A stretch of DNA of 64,000 nucleotides from an uncultured candidatus Porisulfidus sp. Lineage in GTDB: Bacteria; Pseudomonadota; Gammaproteobacteria; Poriferisulfidales; Poriferisulfidaceae. A program made the translations under genes and the position numbers. Positions within the stretch are counted from its first letter, which is position 1, and each line of letters opens with the position of its first letter. Below the pieces are notes generated by a model. The model was not told the origin of the DNA, did no database searches, and saw only the letters and a program-made list of their open reading frames with translations. The stretch spans positions 320,001 through 384,000 of the forward strand of contig CBDASZ010000002.1 in NCBI GenBank assembly GCA_965199755.1, given 5' to 3'. Shown one piece after another: positions 29,979-39,582 of the stretch.

Positions 29979-31022
29979 ATGCCTTCTCCACACGCGAGCG
30001 CCCATTCTTTCTCATATCCTGAGACCCATGTGATTGAAGCGTCACTGGGCAGCTACACGGAGTCCGAACGCGCCGAACTGATGGCGCGCGCACAAGAATT
30101 GCTGACCCGCGAAGACGCGGTGCTGGTGGCGCATTACTACACCCACCCTGATCTGCAGGAACTGGCGGACAGTAGCGGCGGCACGGTCGCGGATTCGCTG
30201 GAAATGGCGCGCTTCGGCAAGCATGCCGACGCCAGCACGCTGGTGGTCGCCGGCGTGCGTTTCATGGGCGAGACGGCCAAGATTCTCAGCCCGGAGAAAC
30301 GCGTCCTGATGCCCACGCTGGAGGCTGAGTGCTCTCTGGACCTGGGTTGTCCGGTAGACGCTTTCACCGAGTTCTGTGACGCCCACCCTGATCGGGAAGT
30401 AGTGGTCTACGCCAACACCAGCGCGGCGGTCAAGGCGCGTGCGGACTGGGTAGTCACCTCCAGTTGCGCGGTGCGCATTATCGCGCATCTGATGGATGAG
30501 GATCGGAAGATTTTATGGGCCCCCGACCGCCACCTCGGACACTACCTGCAGCGCGTCACCGGCGTCGACATGATCCGCTGGGAGGGCCATTGCATCGTGC
30601 ATGACGAATTCAAGTCCCGCGCGCTCGGCGATATGGTCGAGCAAAATCCGCACGCGGCCGTGCTGGTGCACCCGGAATCCCCCGAAGAAGTCATCGCTCT
30701 GGCCGATGTGGTCGGTTCGACCACACAGTTAATTAAAGCCTGTCAGGAAATGTCACAAACCACCTTCATTGTCGCCACCGATCGGCGCATCTTCTACAAG
30801 ATGCAGCAGGCCGCACCAGACAAGGAGTTTCTGGAAGCCCCGACCCACGGTGAAGGCGCGACCTGCAAGAGTTGCGCGCATTGCCCGTGGATGGCGATGA
30901 ACGATCTGCACAAACTGATTGCCGTGCTGGAAGACGGCAGCAACGAAATCGAAGTGGAAGAAAACATCCGCCAGCGCGCCCTGCACTCAACCCGGCGCAT
31001 GCTGGACTTCACCACGCACTAA
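29979..31022 (+). CDS. nadA: Quinolinate synthase
   Basis: [44 protein letters not shown]. Confidence 0.97.
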   Translation: MPSPHASAHSFSYPETHVIEASLGSYTESERAELMARAQELLTREDAVLVAHYYTHPDLQELADSSGGTVADSLEMARFGKHADASTLVVAGVRFMGETAKILSPEKRVLMPTLEAECSLDLGCPVDAFTEFCDAHPDREVVVYANTSAAVKARADWVVTSSCAVRIIAHLMDEDRKILWAPDRHLGHYLQRVTGVDMIRWEGHCIVHDEFKSRALGDMVEQNPHAAVLVHPESPEEVIALADVVGSTTQLIKACQEMSQTTFIVATDRRIFYKMQQAAPDKEFLEAPTHGEGATCKSCAHCPWMAMNDLHKLIAVLEDGSNEIEVEENIRQRALHSTRRMLDFTTH

Positions 31023-31029
31023 TCCTCAT

Positions 31030-33198
31030 CTAGGCAATATCCAGCGGATCCACGTCCAGCCACCAACGCACACCGCGCGGCGGTTTGAGATCCTCCAGAC
31101 ACGCATCCATACAACGCTCCAGTGCCGGGCGGGCGCGAGCGCGCAGCAACAGTTGCGCGCGCCATTCCCCGCTGTGGCGCGGCATCAGCGCCGGTGCTGG
31201 ACCCAAGGCATCCACCCCGGGCATCTCTTTGATGCGCTCAGCCAGTTCCTGCAGGAAACTCTCGGCGGTGTCGTAGTCCTCATGTCGCGCTTGCCACAAG
31301 GCCCAGCGGCCGTATGGCGGCAGCAGGCGCTGCTTGCGCTCCTCCAGCAAGCGATTCAGCCACGTGTCATAGTCTTCCTGCAGCAGTTGCTGCAGCATCG
31401 GATGTTGCGGCAGACAGGTCTGAAGCAACACCCGTCCGGCCTTGGTGCGCCGCCCGGCGCGCCCAGAAACCTGCACCAGAATCTGCGCGAGATGCTCTGG
31501 CGCGCGCAGCCGCGGACTGAAGAACTGACTGTCGCTGTTGAGAATCCCGACCAGCGTAACCTCCGGGAAGTCATGGCCCTTGCACAGCATCTGCGTACCT
31601 ATCACAATACGCCAGTCCCCGCGGCGCGTCTGCTCCAGCGAGCGCTCCAGTTCGCCTCGCCGGTGAATGTTGTCTCGATCAAGACGCAGGATCGGGCAGC
31701 CCGGAAATTCGCTGCGCAAATGCTCTTCGACGCGCTGGGTGCCTTCTCCCAACAGTTGCGCACCGCGCTCAACCAGATCTCCGGCGGATTGCCGAAAGCC
31801 GCAATGATGGCACTGCAACGATCGGGAATTCTGATGGTAGGTCATGCACACATCACACTTGGGACAGGTCTGCGGCGTCTGCTTGTCGGGCGACAGCAAC
31901 ACCGGCGCGAAGCCGCGGCGATTCAGAAACAACAGCGCCTGCTCGCCGCGATCCATGGTCTCGCGCAAGGCATTCATCAGCGGCTCTGACAAGCCCTCTG
32001 TCATCGGATGGCGCACCACATCAATCAACTCGGTGGTCGGCAGCCGAGAGGAGCCTGCGCGGTTCGGCAGAAGAATGTGCTGGTATTTACCATCCTGTAC
32101 ATTGCGCCATGTCTCGATTGATGGCGTGGCGGTACCGAGGATCACCGGAATGTTCGCCTGATGGGCGCGATAAATCGCCACATCCCGCGCGTGGTAGCGA
32201 AATTTTTCCTGCTGCTTGAGCGAAGCGTCGTGTTCTTCGTCAATCACAATCAGCCGTAAGTTCTCAAACGGCAGAAATACGGCGGAGCGCGTCCCCACCA
32301 CAATGTCCACCTGCCCTTCCTGAGCCAACAGCCAAGTCAGATGCTGGGTGCGCGGCGTGCACTCTGAATGGTATTCGGCAATCCGGGTGTGGCGATCCCG
32401 GGCCAGTCGGTCGCGCAGTTGCGGCACCAGCCCAATCTCCGGAACGATGAACAGCACCTGCCCTCCGCGCTCCAGTACTGCGGCGATGACGGCCCGATAG
32501 ACTTCGGTCTTGCCGCTGCCGGTCACGCCATGCAGCAGGCTGCAACTGTACGCATCGAGATGTGTTCGAAAGTGTTTGATCGCCGCGCGCTGCTGCGGAT
32601 TGTGCCGAACCTCTTTAGGCATGGCAGGCGGTAAGGCCTGCGGCAGCTGGAAGGTCGCCTCGGCAAGACCGCGCTCAGCTAGCGCTTTCAGCGGCGCAGC
32701 CGGACTGCGATGCTTTGCGCGAAGTTGCTCGATGGTGCGTCCTTGTGGATGCTTCTGGAGATCCTGCAGCACCGCGCAGCGCACCCGTGCGCGACGATGA
32801 TCGGCGAGATTTTCCTCGCGGCCAACCTCGGTCGCGCGCCATAGCGTCACACCAATGAACGCGCCCGCCTTCAGGCGGCGCAACTGCGTCGGCAGTGCCG
32901 ATTCGATGACTTGCCCGATCGGATATTGGTAGTACTGCGAAACCCAGCGCATCAGATCCAGCAGTTCTGGCGCGAGTGCGGGAGCATCGTCGAGTACTTG
33001 CGCGACGCGCTTGAGTTTCAGATTGCGATCCCGCTGCTTGCGATGCTCCAGCACCACGCCGAGCTGACTGCGCTGAGCGCCAAACGGCACCCGCACACGC
33101 ATGCCCGGAAGCGGCAAGATACCGCGCGCCGGCGGCAGGTAGTCATAGCCGTGGCGCACCGGCGAAACCACCGCAACATGCAAGCAGCAATCCGACAC
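31030..33198 (-). CDS. priA: Primosomal protein N'
   Basis: GVTGSGKTEVY, VPEIGL, DEEHD, GTATPS, LNRRGFAP, Cys pairs, GTQM..KGHDFP, QVSGRAGR, DVDP. Confidence 0.97.
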   Translation of the reverse strand: MSDCCLHVAVVSPVRHGYDYLPPARGILPLPGMRVRVPFGAQRSQLGVVLEHRKQRDRNLKLKRVAQVLDDAPALAPELLDLMRWVSQYYQYPIGQVIESALPTQLRRLKAGAFIGVTLWRATEVGREENLADHRRARVRCAVLQDLQKHPQGRTIEQLRAKHRSPAAPLKALAERGLAEATFQLPQALPPAMPKEVRHNPQQRAAIKHFRTHLDAYSCSLLHGVTGSGKTEVYRAVIAAVLERGGQVLFIVPEIGLVPQLRDRLARDRHTRIAEYHSECTPRTQHLTWLLAQEGQVDIVVGTRSAVFLPFENLRLIVIDEEHDASLKQQEKFRYHARDVAIYRAHQANIPVILGTATPSIETWRNVQDGKYQHILLPNRAGSSRLPTTELIDVVRHPMTEGLSEPLMNALRETMDRGEQALLFLNRRGFAPVLLSPDKQTPQTCPKCDVCMTYHQNSRSLQCHHCGFRQSAGDLVERGAQLLGEGTQRVEEHLRSEFPGCPILRLDRDNIHRRGELERSLEQTRRGDWRIVIGTQMLCKGHDFPEVTLVGILNSDSQFFSPRLRAPEHLAQILVQVSGRAGRRTKAGRVLLQTCLPQHPMLQQLLQEDYDTWLNRLLEERKQRLLPPYGRWALWQARHEDYDTAESFLQELAERIKEMPGVDALGPAPALMPRHSGEWRAQLLLRARARPALERCMDACLEDLKPPRGVRWWLDVDPLDIA

Positions 33199-33317
33199 CG
33201 GACGCTCTCCCGATCAGTCAATATGCTGTGATTGTACGGCACCTACGCTACCGTCTGTGAGATTCCCATCCGAGTGCCAAAATATCAATAATTCCTTGAA
33301 TTGAGGCCGTAACTCAT

Positions 33318-33350
33318 TGTGGATAACTATGGGGATAAAGCTGGTGTAAA
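33318..33350. promoter_or_regulatory. Cluster of DnaA boxes in a 520-bp AT-rich intergenic region
   Basis: TGTGGATAA 33318-33326 (perfect), TGGGGATAA 33330-33338 (1 mismatch), TGGTGTAAA 33342-33350 (degenerate); 12-bp period. Confidence 0.65.
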
Positions 33351-33716
33351 TCCTAAAAGTTATTCAATTACAGAAGGTTGTAAAAAAGGCATAAGGTTTT
33401 TATGAGATGCCTTTATTATCTTTTATTTCATATAGTTATATCATATTGTGGTGCCTGTATGATATCAGTGTTTCTGATTTGCTATTGATTTTGCCACTGC
33501 CACCCTGAAAACCCTGAAATGTGGATTGATTGGTGGCTTTCGCCGCTTTGACAAATTTCGCCACACCTTCATAAATTCAGTGATCTGCGTGAAATCTGCT
33601 GCTTTCCGGAACGCTTTTGTCTGTATTCTTCCACCCTCTAATACAATAGACTTCCATCTGCGGCGCGCTCACTTCATGCGTGCGAACCGCGCGCACCCGG
33701 CTCTGGATATTGACTC

Positions 33717-34172
33717 ATGCCGCTCCCTGAATCGTCTCTCCTTCAACTGAAGTTTGTACCGCTTGCAATTGCCCTCGCACTGCTCGTCGGGATCTTGCTG
33801 ACGAGCGATGGCGGCGACGACAGAATCACCATCGAAATCACTGAGGCCTGGGTACTGGAGCAACCGATGGGAGAACCGTCCGCGGGCGGCTTCACACTGC
33901 GCAACGGTACCACGGCTGCCCTGACCTTGCAGGAAATCGATGCAGCGGACTTCAAGCAGGTGGGCGTCAGGCAAACGGAAGACGGTGCGGTCACCGATTT
34001 TGAACCCCTGACCCTGCAGCCCGGAGAGGCCGTGACACTTTCGGCGCTGATCTTCTCGCAGCCTAGGACGCAACTCCGCCACGGCGATGACAGCCTGCTG
34101 ACCTTGCGATTCAATGACGCCCGCGTGCAATGGGTGAACGCCCAAGTGTGCGAACACGCCCCCGCCCCGTGA
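33717..34172 (+). CDS. PCu(A)C copper-chaperone-like protein lacking the His/Met ligands
   Basis: N-terminal anchor; IEITEAWV, SAGGFTLRN, LTLQPGEAVTL, L..GD...LTLRF pattern. Confidence 0.65.
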   Translation: MPLPESSLLQLKFVPLAIALALLVGILLTSDGGDDRITIEITEAWVLEQPMGEPSAGGFTLRNGTTAALTLQEIDAADFKQVGVRQTEDGAVTDFEPLTLQPGEAVTLSALIFSQPRTQLRHGDDSLLTLRFNDARVQWVNAQVCEHAPAP

Positions 34173-34873
34173 ACGATTTTGGCGCCGCCCTCATCACAGC
34201 GCTTGGCCTGCTCACCGCGCTGGACGCCAACCTGCTCGACATCATCAGCCGGTCGCTGTACGTCACGCTGACGGCGGTCAGCATCGCCGCAGTGATTGGC
34301 ATCCCCTTGGGCGCGCTGCTGGCTATGAGCAGATTCCCCGGCCGCGGGGCCGCGGTGCTGGTGATCAATACCTTCATGGGGCTGCCACCCGTCGTGGTCG
34401 GGCTGGTCGTCTATCTGGCGCTATCGCGCTCCGGTCCGCTTGGAATCCTCGGCCTGCTCTACACCCCCACTGCCATGATCGTGGCGCAATGTCTGCTGGT
34501 CACTCCCATCATCGCGGCCTTGTCACACCAGATCATCACCGACATTTATGGACACTACGACGAGCAACTGCGCTCTCTGGGTGCCACCCGGCGTCAGCGC
34601 ATCGGCACTCTGCTGTGGGAATGCCGCACCAGTTTGCTGATCGCCATTCTGGCCGGTTTCGGACGCGCCAACGCCGAGGTCGGCGCGGTCATGATCGTCG
34701 GCGGTAACATCAATCACGTCACCCGCGTGATGACCACCACCATTGCTTATGAGACCAGCCGCGGCAATCTGACGCAGGCGCTGGCTCTGGGTGTGGTGCT
34801 GATTCTCATCGCCATGCTGCTGACTGCACTATTGCACCAGCTCCGCAAACTCGACCCTGACCCCGGATCATGA
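34169..34873 (+). CDS. tupB: Tungstate ABC transporter permease
   Basis: FPGR, MGLPPVVVGL.VY..LSRSGPLG, AGFGRA.AEVGAVMIVGGNI...TRVMTT. Confidence 0.92.
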   Translation: MNDFGAALITALGLLTALDANLLDIISRSLYVTLTAVSIAAVIGIPLGALLAMSRFPGRGAAVLVINTFMGLPPVVVGLVVYLALSRSGPLGILGLLYTPTAMIVAQCLLVTPIIAALSHQIITDIYGHYDEQLRSLGATRRQRIGTLLWECRTSLLIAILAGFGRANAEVGAVMIVGGNINHVTRVMTTTIAYETSRGNLTQALALGVVLILIAMLLTALLHQLRKLDPDPGS

Positions 34874-35601
34874 ACACCGCGTCTTCCCTGCTGCCCTTGC
34901 GCGTCCGCGATCTGAGTCTTACCATCAACGGCTCCACGCTGTTGTCGAATATCTCCTTCGAGCTGCCAGAAGGCGGCTGTACGGCGCTGATCGGACCCAA
35001 CGGCTCCGGCAAGACGCTGCTGCTGCGTCTGTGCCACGGGCTGCTCGCTCCGAGTTCCGGCTCCATTCACTGGGGCGCGGCCGATCTGTCCCCCACGAAT
35101 CAGTTTCAGGCCATGGTGTTTCAGTCACCGGCATTGCTGAACCGCAGTGTGCGCGCGAACATTGAATACGCCTTGAAACTGCGCGGCATGCCGCGCGCCC
35201 AGCGTCATCAACTGGGGGATGAGGCCATGCGCCTGTGCGGCATTGAGGCGATTGCTGATCGCAATACCCGCGTACTGTCCGGTGGCGAGCGCCAGAAACT
35301 TGCCATTGCCCGCGCCTGGGTGACCCAACCGCAAGTCCTGCTAATGGATGAGCCGACCTCGGAACTCGATCCGGTGGCGACCCGCGAGATTGAGGCCATG
35401 ATCCGGCTGTTCGCGGCGCAAGGCGTGCGTGTGCTGCTGAGCACACACGACATGAATCAGGTCCGACATCTGGCGGATGAGGTGCTATTCCTGCATCAGG
35501 GTCGCCTGCAGACGCATTTGCCGGTGCAGGAATTTTTTGATTACTCAGGCGATGGCATCATGCGCTCTTTCGCCACGCATCCCAACCGCGAGGAATATTG
35601 A
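34870..35601 (+). CDS. tupC: Tungstate ABC transporter ATPase
   Basis: GPNGSGKT, LSGGERQ, LLMDEPT, STHD. Confidence 0.9.
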   Translation: MNTASSLLPLRVRDLSLTINGSTLLSNISFELPEGGCTALIGPNGSGKTLLLRLCHGLLAPSSGSIHWGAADLSPTNQFQAMVFQSPALLNRSVRANIEYALKLRGMPRAQRHQLGDEAMRLCGIEAIADRNTRVLSGGERQKLAIARAWVTQPQVLLMDEPTSELDPVATREIEAMIRLFAAQGVRVLLSTHDMNQVRHLADEVLFLHQGRLQTHLPVQEFFDYSGDGIMRSFATHPNREEY

Positions 35602-35602
35602 A

Positions 35603-36418
35603 ATGCCGCGCCTGATCGCCGCCGTGCTGCTGTGCGCGAACCTGTCCGCAGGAGCCGATGAGCCGAAGTTTCTGACCATCGCTTCCACGACCTCGACCGA
35701 ACACTCAGGACTCTACGACTACCTGCTGCCGATTTACGAGCAGCGCTCCGGCATTCGCTTTCGGGTCATCGCCGTCGGCACCGGACAGGCCATTCGCAAC
35801 GCCATGCGCGGCGATGCCGACCTGTTGATAGTGCATCACCGGGAATCGGAGGAGCGCTTCGTCACCGAGGGCTACGGCCTCGAACGCCATCCGCTGATGT
35901 ACAACGATTTCGTGCTGGTCGGGCCGGACTCGGACCCGGCCGACACCCGTACTGCGCAAAATTTGATCGACGCTTTGCAGCGCATCGCTGGCACCTCAGC
36001 GCCCTTTGTCTCTCGCGGCGATGACAGCGGCACGCACAAGCGTGAACTGGAACTGTGGCGGCAAGCGGACATTCCAGCGCGCGAAGCCAGTGGCACCTGG
36101 TATTGGGAGACCGGCACCGGCATGGGACCGACTTTAAACACGGCCGCGGCGCAAGACGCCTACACCTTGACCGACCGTGCCACCTGGATTTCGTTTGGCA
36201 ATCCTCGCAATCTGGTCGTGCTGGGCGAGAGCGACTCCCGACTGCACAATCAATACAGCGTGATCGTGGTCAATCCAAAGCGACATCCGCACGTCAAGCG
36301 CGTATTGGCGGAAGATTTCGTGGCGTGGCTGCTGTCAGACGAAGGGCAGCAGGCTATCGCCGCTTTTGAGGTGTCCGGCACCCCGCTGTTTTTCCCGAAT
36401 ACGCCAACGCACCCCTGA
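35603..36418 (+). CDS. tupA: Tungstate ABC transporter substrate-binding protein
   Basis: STTSTEHSGL, AVGTGQA, MYNDFVLVGP, FVSRGDDSGTH, YTLTDRATW, NQYSVI.VNP. Confidence 0.92.
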   Translation: MPRLIAAVLLCANLSAGADEPKFLTIASTTSTEHSGLYDYLLPIYEQRSGIRFRVIAVGTGQAIRNAMRGDADLLIVHHRESEERFVTEGYGLERHPLMYNDFVLVGPDSDPADTRTAQNLIDALQRIAGTSAPFVSRGDDSGTHKRELELWRQADIPAREASGTWYWETGTGMGPTLNTAAAQDAYTLTDRATWISFGNPRNLVVLGESDSRLHNQYSVIVVNPKRHPHVKRVLAEDFVAWLLSDEGQQAIAAFEVSGTPLFFPNTPTHP

Positions 36419-36436
36419 TCGCGCGTGCCTTGCTGA

Positions 36437-38182
36437 CTATTCGGCAGGGAATAGCGGTCCTTGCATCTCTTTGGGGACGGCCAGACGAACCTTCTTGCCT
36501 TGCGTCAGTCTGATTCGTGGATCTTGCGCGGCAATGGAGAGGAAAGCGTCTGCGGCTGAGTAATTAACAAAGATCGGGAACTCTGGTCTGGGGCCTTCCA
36601 GATCCAGCATACACACCACCTCATCCGCAAGAAACTCTACCTTACTGGCCGTTGCAGCCTGCAAAAAATCCTCTGTCCAGTCCTCGCTTGTGAGCTCTAT
36701 TTCTGGCTGTATTTGTGCTTTTTTCTTTAGCGCCGACACCAACTCTTCAATGAGATATTCCTGCTTCGCACGCGACCACGGGACATCCCGATCATTGATC
36801 CCCCAGAAATTCGGCCCGATTCGCACCAGCGGATCCTTAGGGAAAATGTTGAAGTATTTCCCCACGCCGCGCACCTCAATCAATTTCTTTTTAATCTCGC
36901 CAACCTCCAGCGGATGCCCTGCTCTCTCAATCAACGCAACCACTGAATCATGAATGCTGATACGTTTCAGGTCCTCGGTATCCTTGCCAGCCGCCACCCA
37001 GGTCATTCTCCCCAAAGACCGCAGGAACTGTGATTTCCGAAGCGCAATCTCCAGCAAGTATTTGGTTAGTGGGCGCTCATATCTGTCTGACTCCGCACTG
37101 AATTTGTTTTTTGAGCCTTCGTGAGCGCTGCCCGCCACTCCCCACGAGGACTTGGAAGATTCACCATAATGATGCTTTCGGGGACCTTGAAGGGACTCAA
37201 TGTTCGGGTCTCTCCGCAAGTCCTTCAGCACCTCGTCCACATGCCACTGCCGGTAAGAAGGCTTGGTCATGATGAGGGCTTCGACTTTTGTGCATAGTTG
37301 CACCATCTCTTCTTCGGTGAACGGAATATGACGTTTCAGCCCAAAGGTTCCAGGCGCGAACAGAAAACCCACATTCGCCGCGGCGTTCGAGGTGCGTTTG
37401 ATCGTGATGCGTTTCCCCCGATTGCGGACGCGCTCGGCAATTTCTGTGTAGTAGAGCGGCTCTTCGGATTCCGAGAGTACCGCTTTCACCGCGGCCTCCG
37501 CACTGCGTCCGTAAGCCACCAGCTTACGCGGACCTTCCTCCGACAGATCTGAAAAATGGCACAGCGCAGATGATTTATCCCACAACATGGAGCCAAGTTC
37601 CTGCGCGGTTTCGGGCAACTGTCTCTTCACAAACACTGGTGCCGTCTCCTCATCCCAGAATCGCGACGTGCTCTTTTTCAGCAGTTTTTTTGCCGCGACA
37701 ATCGTGTCGTCCCATGCCGTTTGATCGATCCTGCCGAAATAAAAAACACGGTCGATCTCCAACACGTAGAGATGGCCATCGCACAGCGTATTGATCAGGT
37801 TTTGGACAAAGACCGCACGGCTCTCCAGATCGGCAAGCCACGGTTCAAGCTCGCCGGCATCAGACAATGACAATGGCGAATCCCTGCCATTCAAAAGCGC
37901 ATACACTTCTTTCACCAGAGTGTTCCAGTACGGAGCTTTTTTCCAACAATGTGAAATCTCGTTGAGGATTTGCAGAATCCTCTGGCGGGTCAGCCCGTAT
38001 GAGTCTGCGATGCGCTGCAAGGTTTGCGGAGTGGTCCCGGAGCCAAAACGTTTCAACAGGATCTCGCGCTCCTGCTCGGTGAAATCGGACAGGGTCGCCA
38101 GTATTTCTTCCATTAACGTGGCCGGTGGCGGAGTCTCCCTGAATCTATAGCCCTTGCCAGTGAACGGAGAATCACGCATCAC
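36437..38182 (-). CDS. Sigma70 region-4 HTH-containing protein of unknown function, probably horizontally acquired
   Basis: EREILLKRFG...TLQRIADSYGLTRQRILQI; later winged-HTH-like blocks (AVLSESEEPLYYTEIAERV; LIERAGHPLEVGEI); no sigma region 2; Lys-rich composition unlike neighbours. Confidence 0.7.
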   Translation of the reverse strand: MMRDSPFTGKGYRFRETPPPATLMEEILATLSDFTEQEREILLKRFGSGTTPQTLQRIADSYGLTRQRILQILNEISHCWKKAPYWNTLVKEVYALLNGRDSPLSLSDAGELEPWLADLESRAVFVQNLINTLCDGHLYVLEIDRVFYFGRIDQTAWDDTIVAAKKLLKKSTSRFWDEETAPVFVKRQLPETAQELGSMLWDKSSALCHFSDLSEEGPRKLVAYGRSAEAAVKAVLSESEEPLYYTEIAERVRNRGKRITIKRTSNAAANVGFLFAPGTFGLKRHIPFTEEEMVQLCTKVEALIMTKPSYRQWHVDEVLKDLRRDPNIESLQGPRKHHYGESSKSSWGVAGSAHEGSKNKFSAESDRYERPLTKYLLEIALRKSQFLRSLGRMTWVAAGKDTEDLKRISIHDSVVALIERAGHPLEVGEIKKKLIEVRGVGKYFNIFPKDPLVRIGPNFWGINDRDVPWSRAKQEYLIEELVSALKKKAQIQPEIELTSEDWTEDFLQAATASKVEFLADEVVCMLDLEGPRPEFPIFVNYSAADAFLSIAAQDPRIRLTQGKKVRLAVPKEMQGPLFPAE

Positions 38183-38364
38183 AACACCTTAAAAAAGGCG
38201 TATAAGGGCCGAATCTGGCCTGACGCCTTCAGTAAAATCATCATGCAAATATAGGAGCAGCGCAAGATTGCGCCGAAATCTCACCGGATATTATGCGTTA
38301 TTTGTCAAAACTGTAAAAACAGGCTAAAACTTGACGCCGTGTCGCCGCGGCGCTGATTGACGCC

Positions 38365-39573
38365 TTATTCGTGCGGGTCGCCCGCCCAGACTCCCACATC
38401 CAGCGGGTGCCGCATCCAGCGCGGTCCGTCGATCCGACCATCGGCCTGCTGAATAAAAAACCGACGCAGCAGACGGCTTTTGCCAACCACCTCCAGTGCT
38501 GTGGATCGCACGACCTCCGCGTGCGGGAACTCCAACATGAATCCCAGATGAAAACCTTCCAGCACCTGTTGCGTGGCCCACACCGGCCCCTTGCGCCGAC
38601 GTTCGTAGGCGCGCAAGGCGCGCGCACTAAGTGGGTGACGCAACAATTCCTCATGCAACACCGCAGCATCCATAAAGCCGATGTTCTGTCCCAGTCCCGC
38701 CAAAGGATGCACCACATGCGCCGCATCACCAAGCAGCGCCAGGTTGCCGTCGCACCACCGCGGCGCGAAGCCGCGTCCCAGATCCAGACAAGCTTTCGGG
38801 CCTTGCAGATGCAGCCTTCCCAGCCTGCCGCTCATAATCCGGTTCAGATTCTCCTCAAAGACTGTCTGCTCGCAATTCATCAATTGCTCTGCGTCCACCG
38901 TCGACCAGACCAAAGAATAGTTCCCGTTGAACAGCGGCAACAACGCGACCGTCCCGTGCGGCGTGAAGCGCTGCCAGGCCACTTCGGGCTGATCGTTTTC
39001 GGTGACAATCTCAGCCACAATCGCCTGCTGCTGGTGCGCCTTGTAGTCCCACCAGAACCCGTGCATGTGGCGCATGCTTGAGAAGGCTCCATCCGCTGCA
39101 ATGACAATCTCCGCACGCTGCCGGGGGCCCTCGTGCAGCACCAACTCCAACTTGCGGGTACCCGTAACTATTTGCGTGACCTCATCAGGGTTGTAGAAGG
39201 TCACCCCCGCCATGTACGCCATCTGATACAGAGCCTGCACCAGATTACTGTTCTCCACAATATATCCCAGACGCGCCTCATCAATGTCCGAAGTGCGAAA
39301 TTCCACGCCGGCGGTTTCCGCGCTTTCCCATACCCGCATTCGGCTCCAGAGCTGCATGCGGCTGTGATCCAGATGCGACCATACGCCGCAGGCGCGCAAG
39401 ATCTGCTCGGATGCCGGGGACAGCGCCACCACACGCAATTCCGGCGCTTCTCCTGGAGATTCCGGCGGCAGCGCATGACGCTCCACCAGTACGACATCAG
39501 CCCCGGATTGCGCTAGCAAGGTTGCCGTCAACAACCCGGATGCGCCGCCGCCCACTACAATAATATCAGCCAT
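38365..39573 (-). CDS. UbiH/UbiF/VisC-family FAD-dependent hydroxylase (UbiI/VisC position)
   Basis: VGGGASG, ADGAFS, QRF...G..ALLP, GDAAHVVHPLAGLGQNIG; follows ubiH. Confidence 0.88.
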   Translation of the reverse strand: MADIIVVGGGASGLLTATLLAQSGADVVLVERHALPPESPGEAPELRVVALSPASEQILRACGVWSHLDHSRMQLWSRMRVWESAETAGVEFRTSDIDEARLGYIVENSNLVQALYQMAYMAGVTFYNPDEVTQIVTGTRKLELVLHEGPRQRAEIVIAADGAFSSMRHMHGFWWDYKAHQQQAIVAEIVTENDQPEVAWQRFTPHGTVALLPLFNGNYSLVWSTVDAEQLMNCEQTVFEENLNRIMSGRLGRLHLQGPKACLDLGRGFAPRWCDGNLALLGDAAHVVHPLAGLGQNIGFMDAAVLHEELLRHPLSARALRAYERRRKGPVWATQQVLEGFHLGFMLEFPHAEVVRSTALEVVGKSRLLRRFFIQQADGRIDGPRWMRHPLDVGVWAGDPHE

Positions 39574-39582
39574 TTGAAGCCT

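Noticed and set aside
30919-31989. Long alternative ORFs (e.g. 30919-31989, 8864-9814, 45676-46656, 4314-5198, 18673-19416)
   Set aside because: Antisense shadows of well-supported genes, expected from GC-rich codon usage; no motifs of their own
33455-33470. LexA/SOS box CTGTATGATATCAG (and CTGTAAAAACAG near 38311)
   Set aside because: Spacing is CTG-N8-CAG and CTG-N6-CAG rather than the required CTG-N10-CAG
33199-33716. Definite oriC call
   Set aside because: Only one perfect DnaA box, no dnaA/gidA/parAB neighbours, no GATC cluster and no skew reversal in spot checks; kept only as a DnaA-box cluster
38280-38310. dif-like site (minus strand TAACGCATAAT resembles a XerC arm)
   Set aside because: No TTATGTTAAAT XerD arm at the 6-bp spacing
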